A stretch of DNA of 15,724 nt from Chlamydiota bacterium (GCA_037133055.1 JBAXOY010000074.1:1-15724), one strand, 5' to 3'; counted from the stretch's first letter, positions 6,454 through 14,227 are shown. The notes: generated by a model from the letters alone, not told the origin. A program made the numbers and translations.

Positions 6454-7476
6454 TCAACCTACAACCGTTTTTATCCATTGCGCGGCGTCCGCGGCCCAGT
6501 AGGTCACGATGATGTCCGCCCCCGCGCGCCTGATCCCCGTGAGAAGTTCCATGACAACCGCTCGCTCATCAAGCCACCCCTTCTCCGCCGCCGCCTTCAC
6601 CATCGCGTACTCGCCGCTCACGTTGTAGGCCGCCACCGGGATGCCGAACGCGTCCTTCACCCTGCGGATGACATCGCCGCAGGCGAGCGCCGGTTTCACC
6701 ATGACGATGTCCGCGCCCTCCCCGATGTCGAGCGCGGCCTCGCGCAGCGCCTCGTCCGCGTTCGCGTGGTCCATCTGGTAGGAGCGCCGGTCACCGGACT
6801 GCGGCGCCGACCCGGCCGCCTCGCGGAACGGGGCATAGAGGGACGAGGCGTACTTCGCCGCATACGACATGATCGGGAGATCCGTGAACCCCTCCCGGTC
6901 GAGGGCCGCGCGGATCGCCGCCACGCGCCCGTCCATCATGTCGCTCGGCGCCGCCATATCAGCCCCGGCGCGAGCGTGGGCGAGCGCCATCTTCGCGAGG
7001 AGTTCGAGCGTCGCGTCGTTGTCGATGATCGGCCCGGTGACGCTTTGGGGATTTGGGATTTGGGATTTTGGATTTTTAATAACCCCGCAGTGCCCGTGGT
7101 CCGTGTACCCGCACAGGCACACGTCCGTGATCACCACAAGCCCCGGAAGCGCGCGCTTCACAAGGCGCACGCTCTCCGGGACGATCCCGTCGTCGGCGTA
7201 CGCGCGGCTCCCGAGGGCATCCTTCCTGTCGGGGATACCGAAAAGGAGCACCCCCCCGATGCCGAGCGGGGCGATCTCCCGGCACCGCGCGACGAGCCGG
7301 TCGGTGGAGAGCTGGAACTGTCCCGGCATCGCGGGGATCGGCAGGGCGACGCCCTTCCCGGGCCTGACGAAGAGGGGCATCACCAGCGACGCCGCATCGA
7401 GGCGCGTTTCGCGCACCATCCGGCGCAACCCCTCGTGCGCGCGCAGTCGCCTCATCCGCTGTTCGGGAAACGCCAT
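6454..7476 (-). CDS. hemB: Porphobilinogen synthase (delta-aminolevulinate dehydratase), Zn-type
   Basis: MAFPEQRMRRLR start with SD GGGGAGG; DVCLCGYTDHGHCG zinc ligands; APSDMMDGRV; IMSYAAKYAS; GADIVMVKPAL (Schiff-base Lys); AYNVSGEYAMVK. Confidence 0.97.
   Translation of the reverse strand: MAFPEQRMRRLRAHEGLRRMVRETRLDAASLVMPLFVRPGKGVALPIPAMPGQFQLSTDRLVARCREIAPLGIGGVLLFGIPDRKDALGSRAYADDGIVPESVRLVKRALPGLVVITDVCLCGYTDHGHCGVIKNPKSQIPNPQSVTGPIIDNDATLELLAKMALAHARAGADMAAPSDMMDGRVAAIRAALDREGFTDLPIMSYAAKYASSLYAPFREAAGSAPQSGDRRSYQMDHANADEALREAALDIGEGADIVMVKPALACGDVIRRVKDAFGIPVAAYNVSGEYAMVKAAAEKGWLDERAVVMELLTGIRRAGADIIVTYWAADAAQWIKTVVG
7048..7075. repeat. Heptamer tandem repeat inside hemB
   Basis: GGGATTT x3 plus TGGATTT; AT-rich compared with the rest of the gene; part of the segment encoding KNPKSQIPNPQS. 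Confidence 0.85.
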
Positions 7477-7491
7477 CGCGCACCTCCCCGC

Positions 7492-7570
7492 GTCATTTCG
7501 TCCAATGGCCGTGTCGCGCTGCGGCCCGTTCCGCGTCCGCCTTCGCGTTGCTCGGCGTCTCCGCAATGAC
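7492..7570. repeat. Possible degenerate REP-like element bounded by GTCATT...AATGAC
   Basis: Ends GTCATTTCG and CGCAATGAC are inverted at 8/9 positions. Minus strand reads GTCATTGCGGAGACGCCGAGCAACGCGAAGGCG, resembling the GTCATTGCG class of intergenic repeats. Confidence 0.35.
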
Positions 7571-7620
7571 ATGTTCCATGACCATTTTTTCACGCCTTCT
7601 CTGCGCCGCGGGGGCGGCCA

Positions 7621-8130
7621 TCAGTCCACGAGGACCAGCGCGAAATAATCCTGCCGGTCTTCATGCGTCCTGACGACGTCGATCCGGAACCCGCTCCTCC
7701 TCGCGGTCTCGAACACATCTACGCCGCACGCCTCCATCGCGGGCCGCGCATGGTACGGGTGCCTGCACCCCTTGTCGAAGGCGCAGGACTTGCAGAGGCG
7801 GCACGGCCCCGATCCCAACGCCCAGGCCTTGTAGTAGCCGGCGAGAAAGAGCGTGCGCTCGAGCGATACGGCAACCCTGTTGATGCGCCGATGCTCCGTG
7901 CTGTGGAGCAGGATCGCCCGGCGATAGCAGCGCACGACCTCCGCGGTCTCGGCGGACGTCGGGGAATGCGGCGGGCACATCAGCGTCCATCCGTAGCCGG
8001 GGCATCCCCATCGGCATTTGAACCGCACCCACGCGCCGGTCGCCACGTTTGAGGCGGGAATGACAACGGCGTGGTCGCATCCCTTCGCGATCGCCGAATC
8101 ACAATGGCGCTTCAGATCGGTCTTCTTCAC
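7621..8130 (-). CDS. DUF2284-like Cys-rich putative metal-binding protein, 169 aa
   Basis: WVRFKCRWGCPGYGWTLMCPPHSP...LERTLFLAGYYKAWALGSGPCRLCKSC...CRHPYHARPAMEACGVDVFETAR; GTG start with SD GGGAG. Confidence 0.85.
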   Translation of the reverse strand: MKKTDLKRHCDSAIAKGCDHAVVIPASNVATGAWVRFKCRWGCPGYGWTLMCPPHSPTSAETAEVVRCYRRAILLHSTEHRRINRVAVSLERTLFLAGYYKAWALGSGPCRLCKSCAFDKGCRHPYHARPAMEACGVDVFETARRSGFRIDVVRTHEDRQDYFALVLVD

Positions 8131-8172
8131 GGCTCCCGCAGGTCTCCGGGCACGGGGCCCATGCCCTTTTCC

Positions 8173-8210
8173 CCCTCCCCCCTTGAGGGGGAGGGTCGGG
8201 GTGAGGGGGG
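8173..8210. repeat. REP-like hairpin repeat, copy A
   Basis: CCCTCCCCC-CTTGA-GGGGGAGGG-TC-GGGGTGAGGGGGG: perfect 9-bp stem plus GGGGTGAGGGG tail. Confidence 0.7.
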
Positions 8211-8269
8211 TGAAAGCACCCCCTATAACCGACCCCGTATTAGTTCTGCGCTATTTGGCAATATTTTCC

Positions 8270-8298
8270 TTGCGCAATAGCGCCTGTTATGCTACCAT
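8270..8298 (+). promoter_or_regulatory. Sigma-70-type promoter of the LysM protein gene
   Basis: TTGCGC-N17-TACCAT with extended -10 TG, in an AT-rich divergent intergenic region. Confidence 0.55.
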
Positions 8299-8422
8299 TC
8301 TACCGAATCTTGAATCAGTAGGATAGTGTTGTTCGGATTTCAAGTTTCAGACCGGTGCCCCCTAACACCGCTCCCCTGATTCTCCTTACCTGTGTGCCTC
8401 CCGACAAGGAAGGAGTCCCGCC

Positions 8423-10015
8423 ATGGAAGATCTGATGCAGGACCAGGACACGGTCATCCAGCAGCTCCGGCTTCTCCTCGCCGCCAAGGATGAGGAGATG
8501 CACGCCCTCAAGGGCCGGGCGGGACATGACTCCGGCGACGGGCACACCGACTCCATCACCGACCGGCTGCTCAAGGAGATCGAGGACAAGAAGCGCGAGA
8601 CCGCCGACCTCAAGGCGCGGCTGAAAGAGGTCGAGGCGAAGGCGAAGGAGAAGCTCGCCCGCATGGCCGCCGCGCTCGAGGAAAAGGCGGAAATGATCGC
8701 CGTGCTCCAGGATCGTCCCGCGCAGGCCGTCGTCGAAGACGAAGAGGCGCGGAGGAGGATCGCGGAGCTCGAGGAGCGGCTGGAGGACCAGGAGGCGCTC
8801 CTCGCGGAGGCGCGCGAGGCCCTGGAGCAGGCCGAGGCGCGGAGCGCCACGCCGGCGGAGGGGAAACCCGCCGGGGCCGTACGCGCGCACGCCGGCGGCG
8901 CGCGGGAAGGAGAGATCCAAAAGTCGATCGACGAGGCGCGGGCGGAGATAGACAGCCTCCATGAGGAGCTCCGGGAGTCGCGCATCGTCCGCGCAAACCT
9001 CGAGCTGGCCGCCGAGGAGCGAGACCGCGCGCGGGAGGAGGAAGCCAGGTTAGCCGCGGAGCTCGCCGCGGCGCGCAAGAAACTGGATGAGTCCGAGCGC
9101 GGGCACGCGGAGCGCGTCGCCGAACTCCAGCAGCGGCTCGACCTGCTCCAGGGGAGCCTCGACGCGGCGGAGGCGGCGGAGGCCGCCGGGAAAGACGGCG
9201 AGGGATCCGGGGCCGAGTCACTCCCCGTCTTCCAGCGGATACGCACCCTCGAGGCCGAGCTCGATGAGCGCGAGCTTTCCTACCGCACCACCCAGACCAA
9301 GCTGCACCGGATCACGCAGAACCAGCAGATACTCCGGGGCCTTTGCGCCGGCCTGTGCGTGTTCCTCATCTTCATCATATCGATGAAGGCGCGCCAGCCG
9401 TCCAACCCGAAGGCTGTGATCGCACGCGAGACGTCCCCCCCGGGAGCACGGGCGGCGGGGCGCGAGGCAGCGCCCGCGGTCGACGTCGCAAAGGGCGGCG
9501 CGCTCCGTGACAGCGATTTCCTGCCCGCCCCGGAGGCGGAGCTGACCGGCATAGGCGCCCCGACGGGCGGGCCCGTCCCCGCACCCGCGATCGCGGAGGC
9601 CCCTGCCGCGCCGCCCGCGAATGCGGCCGGACCCGCCGAGCCCGCGGCGGAGTCGCAGGTCGCCGCGAAGGAGCCCGCGCACACGGGCGCCCTTCCCGTG
9701 GACGTTCAGTTCGTGGAGGCTTCGACCCTCGCCCTCGGCCCGGCCGCGGCCCCGGTTGTGGCTTCCGCGCGGGACAACGCAAAAACCTCCATTGCGAAGG
9801 GCTCCGCTGAAACCCTCCCCGCGGAGAACCTCGCCGGCTCCCATCCCGCCGGCGGGCGTGTTCCCTACACGGTGAAGAAGGGCGAAAGCCTCTGGACCAT
9901 CTGCCAGCGCGAGCTGGGCAACGGCGGCGCGATGGGCCGCGTCGCGCGCGAGAACAAGATCACAAACCCGAACACGGTCAAGGCGGGCGACGTGATCTAT
10001 CTCACCCGACAGTAA
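8423..10015 (+). CDS. Bitopic membrane protein: long N-terminal coiled coil, single TM, Pro/Ala-rich linker, C-terminal LysM domain, 530 aa
   Basis: SD AAGGAG; about 300 aa of E/A/R/L-rich heptads; hydrophobic segment LCAGLCVFLIFIISM; LysM YTVKKGESLWTICQRELGNG...VARENKITNPNTVKAGDVIYL. Confidence 0.88.
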   Translation: MEDLMQDQDTVIQQLRLLLAAKDEEMHALKGRAGHDSGDGHTDSITDRLLKEIEDKKRETADLKARLKEVEAKAKEKLARMAAALEEKAEMIAVLQDRPAQAVVEDEEARRRIAELEERLEDQEALLAEAREALEQAEARSATPAEGKPAGAVRAHAGGAREGEIQKSIDEARAEIDSLHEELRESRIVRANLELAAEERDRAREEEARLAAELAAARKKLDESERGHAERVAELQQRLDLLQGSLDAAEAAEAAGKDGEGSGAESLPVFQRIRTLEAELDERELSYRTTQTKLHRITQNQQILRGLCAGLCVFLIFIISMKARQPSNPKAVIARETSPPGARAAGREAAPAVDVAKGGALRDSDFLPAPEAELTGIGAPTGGPVPAPAIAEAPAAPPANAAGPAEPAAESQVAAKEPAHTGALPVDVQFVEASTLALGPAAAPVVASARDNAKTSIAKGSAETLPAENLAGSHPAGGRVPYTVKKGESLWTICQRELGNGGAMGRVARENKITNPNTVKAGDVIYLTRQ

Positions 10016-10039
10016 CCGCGGGGTTACCGCACGCACCGG

Positions 10040-10070
10040 CGCACAAGAGGATTCTCCTCCGTCTTGTGCG
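10040..10070 (+). terminator. Stem-loop after the LysM gene, possible terminator
   Basis: CGCACAAGA...TCTTGTGCG 9-bp perfect inverted repeat about 25 nt after the stop; no clean U tract. Confidence 0.3.
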
Positions 10071-10082
10071 GGTGATTCTCTT

Positions 10083-10121
10083 CCATCCGTCTCCCCTTTG
10101 ATGGGGGGAGGATGGGTTGAG
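10083..10121. repeat. REP-like hairpin repeat, degenerate copy B
   Basis: CCATC-CGT-CTCCCC-TTTGATGG-GGGGAG-GATGG-GTTGAG; stem and loop resemble 8173-8210. Confidence 0.45.
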
Positions 10122-10160
10122 CCCCCCGCATAACGCGAAAGACAAAGCGCGCGAGGACCC

Positions 10161-10496
10161 GTGGCCCGCACGTACTACCGCAAGCTCATCAGGGACCGCA
10201 TCCCCGAGATCGTGGCGGCACGGGGGCTGCGCTGCCGGACGCGCCGCCTTTCCCCGGCGGCCTACGCCCGCGCGCTGAAGGAGAAGGTCATCGAGGAATC
10301 CCGCGAGCTCCTCGGCGCGCGCGGGCGCGCCGCGGTCCTCAACGAGCTCGCGGACCTCCGGGAACTCCTGGACGCGTGCCGGCGCGCGCTCGGCGTCGGG
10401 CCGAAAGCGTTTGCGCGGCTCGTGCGCGGGAAACGCCTCGCGCGGGGCGGGTTCAGGAAGCGGCTTTTCCTCGAATACACGGAAAAGCCGCGCTGA
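10161..10496 (+). CDS. MazG-like (all-alpha) nucleoside triphosphate pyrophosphohydrolase, 111 aa
   Basis: YRKLIRDRIPEI...LKEKVIEESRELL...NELADLRELL...RGGFRKRLFL, including the EExxE...ELAD metal motif; GTG start with SD GAGGA. Confidence 0.88.
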   Translation: MARTYYRKLIRDRIPEIVAARGLRCRTRRLSPAAYARALKEKVIEESRELLGARGRAAVLNELADLRELLDACRRALGVGPKAFARLVRGKRLARGGFRKRLFLEYTEKPR

Positions 10497-10562
10497 CCAC
10501 GCGTTCACTCCCGCTGCCCCGCTTCGCCCCTCTCTCCGGACTGTGGGGGGCGGCGGGGGAAC

Positions 10563-10584
10563 GGCGGGCTAAAGCCCGCCCTGC
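10563..10584 (-). repeat. GTAG-class REP-like palindrome
   Basis: Minus strand GCAG-GGCGGGCT-TT-AGCCCGCC: a GTAG-like tetranucleotide foot plus a perfect 8-bp stem, between convergent genes. Confidence 0.6.
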
Positions 10585-10597
10585 GGATGGAGGACTA

Positions 10598-11299
10598 TCA
10601 ACCTATCCAGAGGCCCTCGACCCGGACGGAAAGGCCCTGCGCGGTCCTGTTGATGAAATTGACGAGGCCGCTGTGCCTCCACTGCAGCATGCAGCGGTGG
10701 GGCATGAAGAAGTAGCGCATCCCGATCTTCAGTTCCGCTCGCGTACTCCTGACCAGCCCCTCGTACGCCTCGGCGGAGTAGTAGCCGATATCCTTGTGCG
10801 CGCCGCGCCGCGGCCCGAGCGGCCCCGTAACACACCAGACCATGACCCCGGTCTTGTAATCCGCGTCCATCACCACGCCGCAGTGCGTGATCGGACAACC
10901 GCACGACATCCCGAGGGGCCTCCCGATCAGGATGTCGCCTTTTTTGATCTCCATCTCTTTCGTCATGAGCGGGTTGCGGGGCAGGATGGTCTCGCGGGGG
11001 CCCGGTTCGTGCGGAAACATGTCCAGGATGAAATCATACTCCCTGCCGAGCGAATCCCTCCACTCCTCCCGCGGTCCTCCCGCGGACGATGGGCACACGC
11101 TGCACCCGGCGGGCGCCGCCGCCTTCCGCCCCGCCGGCGCGCCGCACGCCTTGCGTGGGCTCAGGTGTATGCACCGCTTCAGTTCCTCCGGCTTCGCGGC
11201 GGCGATCACCGCGAACTCCGCGCACGTCTTCACCCCGCACATCCCGCAGTCGAGGCCGGGGAGTTCCCACGCGCCCCTCTCTCCGTCATTCACCGTCAC
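10598..11299 (-). CDS. Fe-S-binding protein with N-terminal FeS domain and Cys-containing C-terminal domain, 233 aa
   Basis: LPGLDCGMCGVKTCAEFA...KRCIHL (RnfB/CdhE-type FeS domain); further CxxC, SCGCPITHC and PHRCMLQWRHSG motifs; SD AGGAGG. Confidence 0.85.
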   Translation of the reverse strand: MTVNDGERGAWELPGLDCGMCGVKTCAEFAVIAAAKPEELKRCIHLSPRKACGAPAGRKAAAPAGCSVCPSSAGGPREEWRDSLGREYDFILDMFPHEPGPRETILPRNPLMTKEMEIKKGDILIGRPLGMSCGCPITHCGVVMDADYKTGVMVWCVTGPLGPRRGAHKDIGYYSAEAYEGLVRSTRAELKIGMRYFFMPHRCMLQWRHSGLVNFINRTAQGLSVRVEGLWIG

Positions 11300-11311
11300 A
11301 CCCCCCTCCTG

Positions 11312-11351
11312 CCCCCCCCACCCCGCCCTCCCTCTTCAGGAGGGGAAAGGG
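11312..11351. repeat. REP-like hairpin repeat, copy C (inverted relative to A)
   Basis: CCCCCCCCACCCC-G-CCCTCCCTCT-TCAGG-AGGGGAAAGGG aligns to the reverse complement of 8164-8210 (CCCCCCTCACCCC-GA-CCCTCCCCC-TCAAG-GGGGGAGGGGGAAAAGGG). Confidence 0.55.
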
Positions 11352-11391
11352 AATATCAGTGCTGCCCGCACAGAACGGAAGAAAACCCTCC

Positions 11392-12093
11392 TTACTCGCC
11401 CTGGTAGAAGATGTCGCCCTCGAGCGGCCGGACGACCCCGAAGTGCTGCTTCCACCCTATCTCCTTTTTCCCCACGCAGATGGTGCAGGTGCCGATGGGC
11501 GGGTTTCCCCTCAAGAAAAGCGGGAACTCGATCTCCCGCGCCTCCTCGATCTTCTTCACGAGGCGATCGATCCCGATCCCGTAGAGGGCGTTCGACTCGA
11601 TGACGAAGATGTCGCGCGCGGCGTCGAGGATGCGCGCCCTGAATACCTCGCGCTCCGCCTGCGAAATCAGGTCGATCTTCGTCACCACCGCGATGTCGGC
11701 GAGCGAAAGCATCGGGCCGATCTTTCGGGGCAGGTTCATCCCGCTCGTCGCCTCGAGCACGACGACGCCGAGCAGCCCCTCCACGTACGGCGAGCACCTG
11801 AGGCAGAGCCCGGCGGTCTCCACCAGGAGCACCTCGGCGCCTTTCCCTTCGGCCCACTCGATGGCATCCCCGAGCACCATCACGTTGCAGTGGTCGGGGC
11901 AGAGCTCGCCCGAGTAGACCTTCCTCGCCGGGATGCCGAACTCGTTCCGGAAAAGCTCGTCCTCGTCGGCGTACTGCACGTCGATTTTCACGTAGGAGAG
12001 CGCGCGCCCCTTCGCCTTCAGCCTCCGCGCGGCCTGTTTGAGCACCGTCGTCTTGCCGGTCGTCGGCGGCCCGGCGCATATGACCAGCTTCAT
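11392..12093 (-). CDS. G3E-family (HypB/UreG/CobW-like) P-loop GTPase, putative metallochaperone, 233 aa
   Basis: Start ATG 12093 (MKLVICAGPPTTGKTT); ELCPDH metal motif; LLVETAGLCLRCSP; VVTKID (G4); C-terminal CTIC. Confidence 0.88.
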   Translation of the reverse strand: MKLVICAGPPTTGKTTVLKQAARRLKAKGRALSYVKIDVQYADEDELFRNEFGIPARKVYSGELCPDHCNVMVLGDAIEWAEGKGAEVLLVETAGLCLRCSPYVEGLLGVVVLEATSGMNLPRKIGPMLSLADIAVVTKIDLISQAEREVFRARILDAARDIFVIESNALYGIGIDRLVKKIEEAREIEFPLFLRGNPPIGTCTICVGKKEIGWKQHFGVVRPLEGDIFYQGE

Positions 12094-12110
12094 GGTTCGC
12101 CCCCTTCCGC

Positions 12111-12914
12111 TCACGCGATATAGCCGAGAGCCCGCAGCCGGTCCTTGAGCACCTTGTCCGTGAGCTGCTCCCCGTCCCTGATGCGGTTCCTGAAGTCCAC
12201 CAGGAGGTCGTCGAGCTTCCTCAGCTCCGCGGCGACCCCCTTCTCCTCGTCGCCCGTGACGATCACGCGCTGCATCGCCCCCCCCTTCATGGTGATGCGG
12301 AAATCCGAGAGGAGCGCAATCCGCGGGTCGTGCGTGACGAAGACGAAAATCTTCTCGTACCTGCGCAGGAGCTCGAGGGCCTTCGTCCTGTGGATGCCCG
12401 CGTTCTCGATCTCGTCGAGCAGGATGATCGGGGAGTTCCCGATGATGACGGCGTCCGCGATGAGGAGCGCGCGCGTCTGCCCCCCCGAGAGCTCGGTCAT
12501 GGCGCTCTCCATGATGATCGGCTCGCCCGTGAGCTGGTTGGCGAACTCGATCGTTTCCCCCACGGCCTCCTCGCTCCCGCGGGACTGCCGTATCCGCGCG
12601 TGCGTGTCGAGAAATGCGCGGACCGGGAGGTCCGAGAGAAAGTTCGTGTGCTGGGAGATCAGGGCGATCGGGTTCCTCGACGGGTCGTACATGAACTCCT
12701 CGGGGCTGGGGACCCCGTTGATGAGGACCTTTCGTTTCGAGGGGGTGTTCTCGTCCGCGAAGAGCTCCACGTCGTTGATCAGGGTCGTCTTGCCGCACCC
12801 GGTCGGGCCGACGATGCTTACGACATCGCCCATCGAGAGCGTCACCTCGCCCACCGGCTCCCTCTGCCCGTTTCTTCCGCGCCCGCCTATGAGTGTCAGC
12901 TTCTTGATATCCAT
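12111..12914 (-). CDS. Stand-alone ABC-family ATPase, about 267 aa
   Basis: Walker A GPTGCGKTT, Q-loop LISQ, signature LSGGQ, Walker B ILLDE, H-loop VTHD. Start ATG 12914 (ATG 12929 is an alternative). Confidence 0.9.
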   Translation of the reverse strand: MDIKKLTLIGGRGRNGQREPVGEVTLSMGDVVSIVGPTGCGKTTLINDVELFADENTPSKRKVLINGVPSPEEFMYDPSRNPIALISQHTNFLSDLPVRAFLDTHARIRQSRGSEEAVGETIEFANQLTGEPIIMESAMTELSGGQTRALLIADAVIIGNSPIILLDEIENAGIHRTKALELLRRYEKIFVFVTHDPRIALLSDFRITMKGGAMQRVIVTGDEEKGVAAELRKLDDLLVDFRNRIRDGEQLTDKVLKDRLRALGYIA

Positions 12915-13086
12915 CGCGCCCCCTTCCATCCCCGCGAGACCGCGGCGCAGGCCCCGCGAAGACCCGCTCAGAGATACCCGAGCGCCTTCAGCCTGGCCCT
13001 GACCTGAATATCACCACACAGGCTGCATTCAAACACAATTTTCGAACCATGCGGAATTGAGGGCCGGCAGAAAAAAGCGCGGCGTT

Positions 13087-14205
13087 TCAGAAGGGGCCGA
13101 ACGCGGCGAGCACGGCGGGTATCTGGGACGAGGCGATGATTCCCTTCGCGGCAAGGCCGAGGAGATTCGCCTTGTCGAGGACCACCCGTATGTCGAGCCC
13201 GGGCACGGCGATGTCCGCGGGGGCGGCGTCGCCCACGATGACCGTATTCGCCGGGGATATCCCCTTTTCGCGCGCGATGCTGGTGACGAGCGCGCGCCTC
13301 CCCGCCTCGTCGCGGACAAGCTGTTCGACCCTTCCCGTGAGCTTCCCCTTGTCGGTGAGGAGCCGGTCGCTGCAGATCCGGTCGATACACTGGTGCCCGC
13401 GCAGCGGCTCGAGGAAAAGGTCGAGCCCGTTCACCAGGAAGACCACGACCCAGCCCATCGCCTTCAGGGCGTGGAGGAGGTCCTCCCCCTCGGAATTGAG
13501 GCGGAGGCCCGCGGTGATCCTGGCGACCGTCTCGATCCTGAGGCCCTCGAGGGCCGCCGCGCTTTTCTTTCGCGCCCCCGCTTCTTTCCCCGCGCCGGCG
13601 AGGAGTTCTCCGCGCAGCGACTCCTCCACGAGATTCCGCCCCGCGGTGAGGACCAGGAGGCGGGGACGCGTGTGGTAGACGTCCTCGCGCTGGAAGAAAC
13701 AGTGTATGCCCACCTTTTTCATGTCCGCCGCGACGCTTCGCTCGATCAGGGGGCCGGAGCACGGCGAGGAGCCCCAGTCGAGGTCCATCTCCATGGCGAA
13801 GAGGGTGCCGCGCGAGATCATCTTCGCGCCCTCGATGTTCACGCCGTTGTTGGCGAGGACGAACGTCGCGCAGGAGACGATGCCGGGGCGGTCCTGCCCG
13901 AGGAGGAGGAGCCGCATCACGCGGCGCGCCTTCGGGCGCGGGAGGAGGCGCTGCTTCTCGGCGATGATCTGGAGGCCCGACTGGTGCGCGACCGCCTGCA
14001 TCTTCGCGATGAACTGGAGGCCTCTGATGTTCGCCGCGGTGAGGTCGACGGTGAAGAAGATGGAGAAGAGCCCGTGGAAGACGTTCTCCTCGAGGTCGAG
14101 GATGTTCGCGTGCGTGTCGGAAACGATCGAGGTGACCAGGGACACGAGGCCCGTGACGTCGCGCCCCATGCCGCTCACCACGTAGATCTCGCGCTCGCCT
14201 TCCAT
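13087..14205 (-). CDS. ACT-ACT-HAD protein, phosphoserine phosphatase (SerB)-like but with degenerate catalytic motifs, 372 aa
   Basis: ACT1 'YVVSGMGRDVTGLVSLVT...HANILDLEE', ACT2 'LLLGQDRPGIVSCATFVLANNGVNIEG', then a HAD-like core ('KGKLTGRV', 'GISPANTVIVGD'). Start ATG 14205 with SD GGGGAG, downstream of the promoter. Confidence 0.8.
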   Translation of the reverse strand: MEGEREIYVVSGMGRDVTGLVSLVTSIVSDTHANILDLEENVFHGLFSIFFTVDLTAANIRGLQFIAKMQAVAHQSGLQIIAEKQRLLPRPKARRVMRLLLLGQDRPGIVSCATFVLANNGVNIEGAKMISRGTLFAMEMDLDWGSSPCSGPLIERSVAADMKKVGIHCFFQREDVYHTRPRLLVLTAGRNLVEESLRGELLAGAGKEAGARKKSAAALEGLRIETVARITAGLRLNSEGEDLLHALKAMGWVVVFLVNGLDLFLEPLRGHQCIDRICSDRLLTDKGKLTGRVEQLVRDEAGRRALVTSIAREKGISPANTVIVGDAAPADIAVPGLDIRVVLDKANLLGLAAKGIIASSQIPAVLAAFGPF

Positions 14206-14227
14206 GCCCGGCTCCCCGTGAAGACCC

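Noticed and set aside
7477..7593. 39-aa N-terminal extension of HemB
   Set aside because: HemB similarity and a good SD begin at ATG 7476; the extension translates a repeat-like intergenic segment.
8300..8422. Riboswitch in the LysM gene leader
   Set aside because: No recognisable c-di-GMP, c-di-AMP or other aptamer motifs by eye.
12094..12798. N-terminal half of the 468-aa ORF as a GTPase fusion or frameshift product
   Set aside because: It is an off-frame reading of the ABC ATPase gene; the GTPase has its own ATG (12093) and SD-like sequence, and no slippery site was seen.
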